From NCBI GenBank assembly GCA_043228905.1, contig JBHGNT010000012.1:19034001-19098000 (forward strand): a stretch of 64,000 nt of DNA, read 5' to 3'. This DNA is from Azolla caroliniana (Eukaryota; Plantae; Polypodiophyta). Every line of letters starts with the position of its first letter. The stretch's first letter is position 1. Of the stretch, positions 52,150-63,660 are shown piece by piece. A model generated the notes under the pieces. The model had not been told where the DNA came from. It was given only the letters and a program-made list of their open reading frames with translations, and made no database searches. The translations under genes and the position numbers were made by a program.

Positions 52150-55100
52150 TGTTGGAAGCAATGTCGTCAGTGCGGAAGATCAAGAAGCACTCGATTCCTG
52201 TTTATTCCCTGCGTATGACAGAATGTAGGTCGTTGCACAGAGAGAGAGAGAGAGAGAGAGGCACAAAAGAACTCTTTATTTCATAAAGCAAATAATACAA
52301 CAACCAACCTCACAAAGAGGTTACAAGGTCACTATATATAGTGACCGACTTAGGGCAACTGCCCTTTATGCTAATTACATAAATGACCAAAACGGGATGG
52401 TGTGAATACGTCCATTATACACAGGTATTCGACACTCCCCCGTAATGGGCGTATACATGGGTTATCTAAGGTTACAGGTATAGACTTAGGTTCTCGGACA
52501 TATCAGCTTTGTTCGAGTCGGCAGGGTCCGAAGGCAGAGGACCGAACTGGTCGGGTCGGAACAGTTGAAGCCGATCATTAAGGAACTGATGTCGGTTGTC
52601 GGGAACCATCCTGCTCTGTGTCCGGCTCTAACCGGACTGGTTTGTCGTTACGCCCATCTGATGCCGAAGAGTCCGAAAGCGGTCTGCCGAAAGACACTTG
52701 GTCATTCCATCTGCGACATTATCGGTTGTGGATATTTTCTCTAGACCGATTTTCCCTGAGATGACGCAGTCCCGAACGAAGTGATATCGAACGTCGATAT
52801 GCTTGGAGGCGTTGTGGTGAACCGGATTTTTCGACAAGGCAACAGCACCTTGACTGTCGCTGTAGACAACTGGAGCCGAGTCATGGTCGACTTGTCGAAA
52901 CGTGTGCGCCAGCCAACCGAGCCACAAAGCTTCTTTTGCCGCGTCGGACGCAGCTACATATTCTGCTTCGGTCGTTGAGGTCGCTGTGCATTCCTGAAGT
53001 TTCGACTTCCACGAGATTGCTCCATTGCCGAATTTGAAGCAGTATCCGGTTGTTGATTTCCGACTGTCTATACAGCCGGCGAAGTCCGAGTCGGTGTAAC
53101 CAACTACGCCTGAGGTTCGGTTCGGACCGAAAAGAATGCCGTGGTCTTTTGTGCCAGCCAGATATCTGAACACATGCTTGACTGCGTTCCAATGCGATCG
53201 GCCAGGGTTGTGCATAAATCTGCTAACGACTCCTACGGCGTGAGAAATATCAGGCCGTGTCGCGACCATCAGGTACATAAGGGAGCCGACTGCCGGTGCA
53301 TACGGTACCGACTTCATATCTTCCCCCTCCGGGCCGGATGTCGGGCAGTCTCGCTGAGAGAGCCGAAGATTCATAGGGAGTGGGGTTGAAGCAGATTTGG
53401 CTGATTGCATGTTGAAGCGTTCCAAGACACGTCCGATATAGTCGGTCTGAGACAAAAAGAGATGTCGTTTATCGCGATGCCGACTAATCTTCATGCCAAG
53501 GATGTGTCGTGCCGGACCGAGGTCCTTCATGGCAAACTTCAACCGCAGTTGCCGAATGAGATCGGCAAGTTCGCCCGCGTGGCGTCCAGAAATTAGCATG
53601 TCGTCCACGTAAATGATGAGGAAGATGGGTGATCCATCTTGAGCTGTGTTGGTGAAGAGACAATGGTCCTCATCGCTTTTGGAGAAGCCGATCGATTGGA
53701 TGAAGTCGTCGAACTTCTTGTACCATTGTCGCGGTGCCTGTTTGAGGCCGTATAGACTCTTCCTGAGTCGGCAGACTAGATGTTCTTGGCCAGTTGCCAC
53801 GAAGCCTTTTGGCTGCTCCATATAAATTTCCTCCTCGAGATCACCATGGAGGAAGGTTGTTTTGACATCTAGCTGAATCAGCTCCAAGTTGTCGGCTGCC
53901 ACTACGCCGAGCAGAAAACGAAGGGTTGTCATTTTCACCACTGGTGAAAAAATCTCGTCGAAGTCGACGCCATATTCTTGTCGGAAGCCCTTCGCAACTA
54001 ATCTGGCCTTGTACTTTGGGGTGGTCGAATCAGACGTCTCTTTTAGTCGATAAACCCACTTGCAAGGAAGAGCACGTCGGTTCCTAGGTAATTCGACCAG
54101 ATCCCAAGTCTTGTTTGCCCGAATGGAGTGCATTTCCGACTCCATCGCCAGATGCCAGGTGGCCGAATCGACAGATGTCGATGCTTCTTCGTAAGACGTC
54201 GGTTCGCCGGCGTCGGTGAAGAAAATTCCAGGAGAATACCTCTCCGGAGGTTGCGACAGTCGCTCGGATCGTCGAGGTAAGATTGGACTGGTCGCATCGG
54301 GTATCGAGGTCGGATGGTCCGAAACCGAATCATTCGGCTGTGCCGAGTCAGAGTTGTCCGAGTCGGTAGTATAAGGTTCAGCTACCCGTGAAGCTGACCG
54401 TGTGTTGAGAGCGGGGCCTTCTTGAAGGGTCGGCACATCGGAGAATGTTACCCTCCGGACTTCGATCGGTTTTTCGACTGATGGATTCATAGCCGACTCG
54501 TTGAACACAACGTCCGAACTTCGAACGATTTGTCTGCGTTCGGGGTCCCAGAGTCGGTATCCCATTTCGCCGTCTGATCCATATCCAAGGAAAATGCATT
54601 TCCTGGACCGAGGTGCAAGTTTTCGGCGATCATCTTTCGGAATAAGGGCGTACGCCTCGCATCCGAAGATCCTCAGCTTGTCGTAATTCGGCTTGCTGCC
54701 GATCCATAGTTCCTGAGGAATTTGAAGTCCTAGAGGTCTACTTGGCGACATATTGATTATGTGTACTGCCGTGAGTAGAGCCTCTGCCCAGAAGCCATCC
54801 GATAGTCGGGAGTGTTGGAGCATGGAAACTATCCGTTCTTGGATTGTCCGATTCATTCGTTCTGCAATCCCGTTTTGCTCCGGACTGTGTGGTGCCGTAA
54901 ATTCACGTCGGATGCCGCGTTGTCGGCAGAATTCGACGAATTCTTCGGATTTGAACTCTCCCCCATTATCGGTCCGAAGGCATTTCAGCTTTCGGTCGGT
55001 TTGATTTTCTACCATAGCGAGCCAATCTGAGAAGATCGAGAAGACCCGATCGTTGGTGCGAGTCGGATAAGCCCACACCTTTCGAGTCGAATCGTCAATG

Positions 55101-57317
55101 AAAGTGACGAAGTAAGAGGCACCGCCTAGAGACTGATGCGGCATTGGGCCACAGACGTCCGAATGGACTAAATCGAGAGGTCTCGTTTCTCTTGGTGCTG
55201 ATGTCGGGTGTGATCCGGCTGCTTGTTTGCCATACTGGCAATGCTCGCAAAATTGATGGTCGGAGAAGGAGAGTTTGGGGATGTATCCGGCTCTAGATAG
55301 GTGCGTGATGCCGGCCTTGCTGAGGTGTCCTAATCTTCTGTGCCATAGTGATGACACAGGAATATCCACCAAAAACAGGTTACCCTCTCTGAGCGTAACA
55401 TGTAACGGATACAGGGAGTGTATCTTGGGTCCTCTAGCAAGCAAGAGGTTCCCCCTGTGGAGTGTCCACCCTCCCGAAGAAAAACCGGCACGAATGCCGT
55501 CTTCATCTAGTTGTCCGACTGAGATCAATGGCCTTGAGAGCTCGGGTACATGTCGGACATTGTGGAGTACAAGTGTAGAGCCACCTGCAAGGTTGAGCTC
55601 TACTGTGCCGATTCCGATGATGTCACAGTGTTGTGAGTTGCCGACCCGAACTGAGTCGGAGTGACGGATCGTATATTGCCGAAATTGGGACCGATGAGGA
55701 GTCACATGAAATGACGCGCCCGAATCCAAGAGCCATGTGCTCGATTCTTCAGTCGTGAGCAGAACTTCTGATCCGACTGGATTTTCGATTGATAGTATAT
55801 TCGGGTCGTCCGGTAGTACATCAGCTGAGGAGCTGACGTAATTGATCTCCTCATGCCGGCCACTCTTCTTGTTGTTCTTGTTCTTGAGTTCGCGGCAGTC
55901 GGCTTTGATGTGTCCGGGTTTCTTGCAATAGTTGTAGATTCGGTTATCCCGTGACTGGCTCTGTCTTCACTGATTGTTCGGCGGTCGTGAGGAATCTCTT
56001 CCTCGTATGTTCGATTGGTCTGTCGAACCTTGTACTACGTAAGCGTCGTCTGTTGAGTCTTTGGCGAAAGACTTTCTCCGAGCTGCTTCGGTCAGGATTG
56101 CGCTCGTGACTTCGGAGTATTTAACAGCCGTGGTTGACGCGTTGCACACGGTTGTGACGAAAGTTTCCCATGATGAGGGAAGGCTGCTCATGAGTATCAT
56201 TGCTCTGAGTTCATCCTCGATTGCCGTCCCCTGTGACGAGATTTGGGAGCTTGTGCTTTCGTACTCATTGAGGTGTGCTTGAACCGAATCGGATTCTTTC
56301 ATCCGCAAGTTGTAGAGGCGCCGGATCAGAAACATCTTCGTTGCGGCGACCTTCTTTTCGTAAGTGTCCGACAGTGTTTTCCACAGTTCGAATGCTGTCG
56401 TACACGATTGCACCGTAAAATATACCGATTCCGATAGGTGCATCCGAATCGTGGCGCGGACGATTCTGTCCAGCTTCTGCCACTCGATTGGTTTGTATCC
56501 TTCTGGAGGTTCTTCATTTTCGATGGGATCGATTTGCCCCTTGACTATGAGATAGTCCTGCATTTGTTCCTTCCAGAAGTTGAAGTTCGATCCATCGAAC
56601 TTTCGGAGACTCATTTCTGACGAGCCGGATGTTGATGCCATCAAATTCGGTTTCGGTTGACGAAGCTCGGTTCGGAGTTGACTACGAACCTTGTTGGAGT
56701 GCAGCCGGTTGGCTCACCCGATATCGTTCTAGTCGGATTTGAACCCGAGTCAGTTCGGCTTCGGATATATGTATTGTTGAACTTGCTCGAAATGACTCCG
56801 GTAACTTGAGGGACAGAACCGACTGGTCTTCCCGAATGTTGCCGAGTCGGAGTGAGCCCGGTTCGCTTCGGATATATATGCCGAATACCGATTATTGAAA
56901 CCGATTATCGGGACCGATTCTGCTTCGGTTGACTGCAGCGATGAGAGAGACGGATCCGACTGATCCTCCCGAATGTCGATCAGCCAGATGAAGCACGAAT
57001 TTGGGTTGTTGTCAAGGTTGCACAAGGGGATTTCACCTCGAGCGGTTACGATCACAAGGGACAGAGTACAACCTGCTGGCTTACTCCAAGCAAGGGGATC
57101 TAACGCGATGAGGTGCAAACCTCGTTTTTGTTCTTCTTCTCTCTTTCTTCGAATGACGCAGGAAACCGAATGCAGAGACGACGGCCGACAGCGGATTGAA
57201 GGACCGACTACTGTGCAAGCTCTGATACCAGATGTTGGAAGCAATGTCGTCAGTGCGGAAGATCAAGAAGCACTCGATTCCTGTTTATTCCCTGCGTATG
57301 ACAGAATGTAGGTCGTT

Positions 57318-57351
<34 letters not shown>

Positions 57352-57523
57352 ACAAAAGAACTCTTTATTTCATAAAGCAAATAATACAACAACCAACCTC
57401 ACAAAGAGGTTACAAGGTCACTATATATAGTGACCGACTTAGGGCAACTGCCCTTTATGCTAATTACATAAATGACCAAAACGGGATGGTGTGAATACGT
57501 CCATTATACACAGGTATTTGACA
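52150..57523 (-). mobile_element. Full-length Ty1/Copia element (Copia-1)
   Basis: LTRs 52150-52434 and 57233-57523; TSD CATAT on both sides; PBS TGGTATCAGAGC (iMet) at 57230-57219; PPT at 52435-52443. Confidence 0.97.
52628..56644 (-). pseudogene. Copia-1 gag-pol with a single in-frame TGA at 55969-55967
   Basis: Gag (UBN2-like), protease WLLDSGASFH, HHCC, integrase HSDVCGP/TDNGGEF/ERMNRT, RT YVDD, RNase H. The gag and pol ORFs share one frame. Confidence 0.92.
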
Positions 57524-58700
57524 CATATTAGTGTGCCGGTTGGTACCGTTTTGTATTCAGAGCTGGTGATCTATAAAAAGGCCTGGTTACATTGTGAATG
57601 ACGACGGATAATTAATAAAGCTCTATTGTCTTATCTCTGTGTATTGATTACCATTCTGTGCTAATTACTTTCTATATTACGCGTGTATTAAGATTCCTGA
57701 TATGTTGCTTAAGTAATCGATATAGGTCTGATTAATCGTCGGTCTAACTCTATCTCACCGTAACACCCTTTGGTGAAGTGTCTTCCGTAGACGCCTTGTG
57801 TTAGGATATTGTCCGACCCTTAGGAGTAACATAGTTTTTGGTGACCACGATTCCTGCATAAGCGCAACGAACAACGATGGGAATGGATGACCACACCAAC
57901 GAGCGGACCGACTACGGATCGAGCAAGGAGACTCGCTAAGCAGCTGTAGAAGCGAGCGGCCTTCCAGCAGGCGGCGGAAGAGATTCATGCGGATCAATCA
58001 TTTTCCAAAGTGATCCGGCGGGTGGCCGAGGAGTCACTCCATTTGCAACAAGATTTCCACCCCGATGAAGGAAGCAACTTAAGTAGTCTTCGGGAAACAG
58101 AATTCCTTTTGCAGGCATTAGCTGTAGGAGACGGCAATTCAGAACCGTTTTCAGCCTTTGAATCGGACTCGGACGGCGAATATAGCGCTCATTCCAATTA
58201 CCGCAGCAGTCATGACACCCCAGACGGACCGGGGGACGAGGAATCAGATACCTTACCGACACCGGAACCAGAATTGATAGAGCTGGAAGCCACAGACCGG
58301 CCAAGGACTGAGCAGACCCTAACACCCGAAGTAGCGGAGGAAAGACCTCCCACCGAGGAAGAAAGACCTTCGACGGAGGAGGAGGAAAGACCTCTGACAC
58401 CACCAGCCTGCGTTACAACACCAGATGACGACGTGCCATTTCAATATCCCAAGTACCGGGATGATCCGGACGCAGAGGCCCACGTCTATGCATTTCAACA
58501 GACCTGGGAAGCGAATCACGTGTCACAACGCTTAACCGCGGCCGAAGTAGAATGCTCAAAGATGGTAGAGTTCGGCATGACCCTGGAAGGGCCCGCCGCC
58601 AGATGGCGCCTGACGCAAGATCCTAGTACCACCACAACGTTTGAGGCCTTGGAAACTAAATTCTTACACTTTTTTCACAAAGAGGTGGATCAACGGGAAA

Positions 58701-58897
58701 TGTCAGGAATAGTACTAAAGCAGAGATGGAATTAGTACTAAGAAGAGCAGTACTATTAGTACTAAGAGGACGGGACTGCGTAAGATTCTTGAGAGAGGAA
58801 GTGAGAAGAGGAGAGAGAGAGATAGCGAGGATGAGAGAGAGAGAAAGATGATGACAACAGCTAATATATTATGTGAAAAGATAAGTACAAAGCGGCT
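58701..58897. mobile_element. Start of another LTR-like insert interrupting the Gypsy gag
   Basis: Gag similarity stops abruptly at TGTCAGG (58701); AGTACTA repeats and a GA-rich tract follow; itself interrupted by Copia-2. Confidence 0.5.
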
Positions 58898-59351
58898 TGT
58901 AAAGCTTTGACGCTATCAAATCTTTCGCCTCTCGGCCACAACCGAGACAACACGGATCAATGCAGCAGAAAATAAAAACAAAGACACAGAGAGATGAATA
59001 CACAGGGTATAACGTGGAAAACCCTAAACGGGAAAAACCACGGGAGTGCACGACTCCAACTACCACTATACACTGGAATATACAATGGCGAGCTGCAAGG
59101 CGACGACCTTGAGCTCGCTGTCCTCGCCACAGGCGGCGGTATTACACAGAGGCGTCGACCTCTTCGTTTCTCTCTCTCTCTCTCTCTCGCGGCTGCTCTC
59201 ACTTCGCTCCCTCTAAGTGGAAAAACAGAAAATGAGCAACAACAACCTAAACTGTTTGCCCTAAGTCATATTTATACACATATGACTTTCGGGCTATTTA
59301 CAAATATAACCTCAAGGGCTCTTGGCAAACATATTCACAAATATGTCCCCG

Positions 59352-59496
59352 CATCCGGATCTCTCTCTCCGGGTACATTCGTCATCCGGCTCCGTAGCCG
59401 GGGTCTTCAGCATCCGGCTCCGTAGCCGGGGTCTTCAGCATCCGGCTCCGTAACCGGGGTCTCTTCATCCGGCTTCATGCCGGGTACTCTTCATCC
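59352..59496. repeat. 28-bp tandem repeats in the Copia-2 LTR U3
   Basis: CATCCGGCTCCGTAGCCGGGGTCTTCAG at 59383 and 59411, a near-copy at 59439, and degenerate units at 59352 and 59466. Confidence 0.9.
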
Positions 59497-59583
59497 TACG
59501 GTTCCGTAACAGCCTCCGGGCTTGCCGTCATTCATCTCCGGACATCCCATCCGGAGGGACCGTAATCCCAACAAACTTCCCCT

Positions 59584-62500
59584 TCACTTCGGCATGGGAT
59601 GTCTCTCCAATCCGATCCTCTTCCGGCATGCTTCCAGCTTGTCGGGTGTGAGCACCTTGGTCAGCATATCCGACCCGTTCTCGTCAGTGTGGATCTTCGT
59701 CAGCACGAACTCCTCGTCTTCTATCCTTTCCCGGATCCAGTGATATCTTCGCTGGATGTGTTTCGTCCGGGAATGGTAGGCCGCGTTCTTCGCAAGGTGG
59801 ATGGCACTCTGACTATCGCAGTAGAGTCGGTACTCCTCCTGCTGGATACCGAGCTCTCTAATGAAGTCCTTCATCCATATTATTTCCTTGCCGGCTTCAA
59901 CCGCCGCCATGTACTCCGCCTCCGTGGTTGACAACGCAACCGTCTTCTGCAGCCTCGACTGCCACGAAACAGCTCCTCCTGCATACGTCATCACATACCC
60001 TGATGTGGACCGGCTGGTATCTGCATCAGCCGACATATCCGAATCGGTAAAGCCGTCGAATTCGGGCTTACCGGAGCCGAATCGGAGGCACACGTTTGCC
60101 GTGCCCTTCAGGTATCGGAGTATCCACTTGACCGCGTTCCAGTGCTCTTTGCCGGGATTGCTCATGTACCGGCTCACCACTCCGACTGCATATCCTATGT
60201 CCGGTCTTGTACACACCATTGCGTACATCAAGCTTCCGACGGCAGAGGCATATGGTACTTTCATCATGTCCTCCTTCTCAGCCTTTGTCTTGGGGCTTTG
60301 CTTGCTGGACAACTTGCAGTTTGCCGGGAGGGTTGACCCGACCGGTCTTGCTTCCGACATGTTGAACCGGTGAAGCACCTTTGTCACGTACTTCTCCTGT
60401 GACAGCCACAACTGCTTCTTCTTCCGGTCCCGGATGATGTGCATCCCTAGTATTTGCCTCGCCGGACCCAGGTCCTTCATTGAGAAGGTTCGGTGAAGTG
60501 CCTCCTTCAGCACCCGTATCTTGACCTGGTCCCGTCCGACGATCAACATGTCGTCCACGTACAGGAGGAGTATTAGAGAGTCTCCTCCTTCGAACTTCTT
60601 CACAAACACGCAGTGATCAGACTGCGTTTTGTGGTACCCTTCGTCGGTCATGAAGGAGTCGAACTTCCGGTACCATTGCCGGGGAGCCTGCTTCAGTCCG
60701 TAAAGGCTCTTCTTCAACCGGCATACCAGGTGCTCCTTCCCTTTCTTCTCGAATCCTTCCGGTTGCTGCATGTAGATCTCTTCTTCGAGGTCACCGTGAA
60801 GGAATGCCGTCTTCACGTCCATCTGTTCTACCTCGAGGTCCATGCTTGCCGCTATGCTCAGCACCGTCCGGATGGAGGTCATCTTCACTACCGGGGCAAA
60901 TATCTCGTCGAAGTCGACGCCCTTCTTCTGCTGAAACCCCTTCACCACGATCCTGGCTTTGTATCTCGGGGGGTTTCCGGCATCTCCCGGTTTCAGCTTG
61001 AACACCCACTTGTTTCGAAGTGCCCGCTTTCCTTTCGGCAACTCCACAAGTTCATATGTGTGGTTCTCATGCAGGGAATCCATCTCCTCCTGCATGGCAC
61101 TTAACCACCTGCGGCTTTGGGTGTCGTGCTTTGCTTCTTCAAAGCTCTCCGGCTCCCCCTCGTCGGTTAGCAGCACGTGCTCTGGTTCCGGAAATCTCCG
61201 GGGGGCCCTTCTCTCTCTTAGAGGATATCTCCGTTCGGGAGCTTCGGTAACCGGTTCTTCCGATTCTTCTTCTTCATCCGAATCCATTTCGGGATCGGGG
61301 CCGGTTCCGGTATCATTTTCATCTTCTTCGGCCGGTTCTGTTTCTTCACCGTCTTCGGCCGGGTCTTCGAGTGTTAACCGGTCCCTTGCCGGTCGGGACT
61401 GCTCCTCGTAGAGTTTATCCTCACCGGTCGACTTGGAGCTCTTCATCTTCTTCTCCGACTCCCAGTCGGCGAGTGTCTTGTCCTCCATGAAGATGATATC
61501 TCGACTCCTGAATATCTTCTTGTCGACCGGGTCCCATACTCGGTAGCCGAACTCGTCGTCGCCGTAACCGAGGAATATGCATGGCCGGGTCTTTGGATCT
61601 AACTTTCCTCTCCGGTCCTTTGCCACATGCACGTATGTGAGACACCCGAACACCTTCAGATGCCGGTAGGACACTTCCTTACCGGTCCACACTTTCTGCG
61701 GCGTGTCTCCGTCCAAAGGTACTGAGGGTGATCTATTTATCACATACGTCGCCGTCGACATTGCCTCAGCCCAAAATCCCTTGGGTAGTTTCGCATGCGC
61801 TAGCATACTCCGGACCCTCTCCATTATGGTCCGGTTCATCCTCTCGGCCAGCCCGTTTAGTTCCGGCGTCTTCGGCACAGTAAACTCGAGCCGGATTCCC
61901 TTCGAGCGACAGTACTCCTGGAACTGCCCCCGGTATTCCCCTCCGTTATCCGCTCGTATCGCTTTCAGCTTCTTGCCGGATTCCCTTTCCACTCTCGCGT
62001 GGAGTTCTTTGAAGACGGACAATACTTGGTCCTTTGTCTTCAACGGTGCCGTCCACAGCTTCCGGCTGTGATCATCAATGAATGTTACGAAGTACTGGGC
62101 TCCGCCATGCGACTTCGTTTCTACCTGACACACATCGGTGTGCACCAACTCCAATGGTGCGCTACGTCTCGTCGGTGGCCTTGAGTGGAAGGAGGTCCGG
62201 TTTTGCTTACCGGCCAGGCAGTCGGTGCACTTCTCCAGGTGCACATGCTTCACTGGAATAAGGTTGTCTTCTGCAAGCCTCTTCATCCCCTTCTCACTCA
62301 TGTGGCACAGTCTTTTGTGCCACAGCTCACCGGCAGTGTCGGCTGCTACATTCAGCTCTTCCGGACATAACCGGGCATTCATCAGGTACAGAGTGTTGAC
62401 CTTCCGGGCCCGAGCCACTATCAGGCTCCCCTTGCTGAACTTCATTACGCCGTTCCGGATGCTACCCGTGTAGCCTTCATCATCTAGCCTCCCGGCCGAG

Positions 62501-63660
62501 ATCAGGTTCAATCGGACCTCCGGAACGTGTCGCACATCCTTCAACAGCATCTTGCATCCGGTTGATGTCATCAGCCACACGTCTCCTATACCGGCAATTC
62601 GGCATGTACCTTCATTTCCCATCCGGACAAAACCGTGCTCACCGGCTGTGTAGGATGAGAAGTATTTCTTCTCCGGGGTCAGGTGGAACGACGCTCCGGA
62701 ATCGACCACCCAGGTCATCTCTACGCTGGCAAGGTTCAGCTCCCTCTCTTCGGTAATGAGCATTATCTCTTCTTCACTTGCCGCGAGTGCCGTCGTTCCT
62801 TTCCGGTCCTGCCCTCGCCGATCCGGACCTCTCCGGTCCGTGGCTCCCCGGTATGCACCGTTTCTCTCCGGTGACTTCTTCGAATCGGTGTCGTCGGCTC
62901 CGTTGTCCTTTCGGTAATGCCGACAATTCTTCCGGAAGTGCCCCGGCTTCCCACAGTGGAAGCAAATGGGTCTTCCTCTTGACTGCGACCGGGTCCCCGA
63001 CTTCTCCCGTCTTTGCGGACTCCGGTTCCAGTGTCTTCCCCGTTCCGATTCGGTAAGCAGCGCCTTCGAGTCGGAGGCCGGTTCTTTATCTCTCCGACGC
63101 GCTTCTTCATTTAGAATACTTGTCTTTACCGTTTGTAGGGACAAGTTGTCTTCCGTGCAGGAGGTGCTGAGAGTCACCACCAAGTTCTCCCAGCTGTCCG
63201 GCAATGTACACATCAGGATGATGGCTTGCATTGCATCCTCCAACGGGAACTTGATCGCCGCAAGCTGGTTCACGAATCCCATGAACGTGCTTACGTGTTC
63301 CACCATACTCTCGCCGTCCCGGTACTTGAGGTTCACTATCTTTCTCATCAGGGAGGTCCGGTTCAACGCATTCTTCCTCTCATAGAGGCCCGACAGCTTC
63401 TTCCACATCTCATAGGCGTTCGTATCGTTCGCCACATGTTGCAGGACACTTACATCGACATATTGCCGGATCGTCGCTACTGCTTTCCGGTTCAGGAGCT
63501 TCCACTCCGACTCAAGTACTCCCTTCGGTATTTCCGACCTGTCAATCGGTTCGTACAGGTCCCGAACAATCAGAAGATCCTCCATCTTGATCTTCCAGTC
63601 GGCGTAATTCTGCGCATTCAGCACCATCATTCCCGGCTGCCCGCTACCGCCGCCTTCCAT
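59584..63660 (-). CDS. Intact Copia gag-pol polyprotein (~1358 aa)
   Basis: First ATG after the PBS at 63660; CFHCGKPGHFRKNC, WVVDSGASFH, HHCC, integrase D-D-E (HTD, ADNGGEY, AERMNRT), YVDD, RNase H; no stops. Confidence 0.95.
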   Translation of the reverse strand: MEGGGSGQPGMMVLNAQNYADWKIKMEDLLIVRDLYEPIDRSEIPKGVLESEWKLLNRKAVATIRQYVDVSVLQHVANDTNAYEMWKKLSGLYERKNALNRTSLMRKIVNLKYRDGESMVEHVSTFMGFVNQLAAIKFPLEDAMQAIILMCTLPDSWENLVVTLSTSCTEDNLSLQTVKTSILNEEARRRDKEPASDSKALLTESERGRHWNRSPQRREKSGTRSQSRGRPICFHCGKPGHFRKNCRHYRKDNGADDTDSKKSPERNGAYRGATDRRGPDRRGQDRKGTTALAASEEEIMLITEERELNLASVEMTWVVDSGASFHLTPEKKYFSSYTAGEHGFVRMGNEGTCRIAGIGDVWLMTSTGCKMLLKDVRHVPEVRLNLISAGRLDDEGYTGSIRNGVMKFSKGSLIVARARKVNTLYLMNARLCPEELNVAADTAGELWHKRLCHMSEKGMKRLAEDNLIPVKHVHLEKCTDCLAGKQNRTSFHSRPPTRRSAPLELVHTDVCQVETKSHGGAQYFVTFIDDHSRKLWTAPLKTKDQVLSVFKELHARVERESGKKLKAIRADNGGEYRGQFQEYCRSKGIRLEFTVPKTPELNGLAERMNRTIMERVRSMLAHAKLPKGFWAEAMSTATYVINRSPSVPLDGDTPQKVWTGKEVSYRHLKVFGCLTYVHVAKDRRGKLDPKTRPCIFLGYGDDEFGYRVWDPVDKKIFRSRDIIFMEDKTLADWESEKKMKSSKSTGEDKLYEEQSRPARDRLTLEDPAEDGEETEPAEEDENDTGTGPDPEMDSDEEEESEEPVTEAPERRYPLRERRAPRRFPEPEHVLLTDEGEPESFEEAKHDTQSRRWLSAMQEEMDSLHENHTYELVELPKGKRALRNKWVFKLKPGDAGNPPRYKARIVVKGFQQKKGVDFDEIFAPVVKMTSIRTVLSIAASMDLEVEQMDVKTAFLHGDLEEEIYMQQPEGFEKKGKEHLVCRLKKSLYGLKQAPRQWYRKFDSFMTDEGYHKTQSDHCVFVKKFEGGDSLILLLYVDDMLIVGRDQVKIRVLKEALHRTFSMKDLGPARQILGMHIIRDRKKKQLWLSQEKYVTKVLHRFNMSEARPVGSTLPANCKLSSKQSPKTKAEKEDMMKVPYASAVGSLMYAMVCTRPDIGYAVGVVSRYMSNPGKEHWNAVKWILRYLKGTANVCLRFGSGKPEFDGFTDSDMSADADTSRSTSGYVMTYAGGAVSWQSRLQKTVALSTTEAEYMAAVEAGKEIIWMKDFIRELGIQQEEYRLYCDSQSAIHLAKNAAYHSRTKHIQRRYHWIRERIEDEEFVLTKIHTDENGSDMLTKVLTPDKLEACRKRIGLERHPMPK

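Larger units (their letters stand above)
51992..58700 (+). mobile_element. Gypsy-like LTR element: 5' LTR (split by Copia-1) and partial gag
   Basis: TGTTAG start at 51992; LTR resumes at 57529 with CTATAAAAAGG (~57571); ends TAACA at 57765 or 57831, each followed by TGGTGA. Gag-like FQYPKYR..PDAEAHV.AF...KMVEFGMTLEGPAARW...TFEALETKFL in ORF 58010-58700. Confidence 0.7.

Noticed and set aside
55960-55975. Programmed stop-codon readthrough between Copia-1 gag and pol
   Set aside because: The stop lies upstream of the zinc knuckle, lacks a CARYYA context, and is simply explained as CGA to TGA.
56750-57311. ORFs in the Copia-1 leader as an extra gene
   Set aside because: No recognisable domain; they overlap the PBS/LTR and are likely chance ORFs.
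59383-59466. CRISPR-like array (also the repeats at 26710 and 7509)
   Set aside because: Head-to-tail repeats without unique spacers, no cas genes, eukaryotic context.
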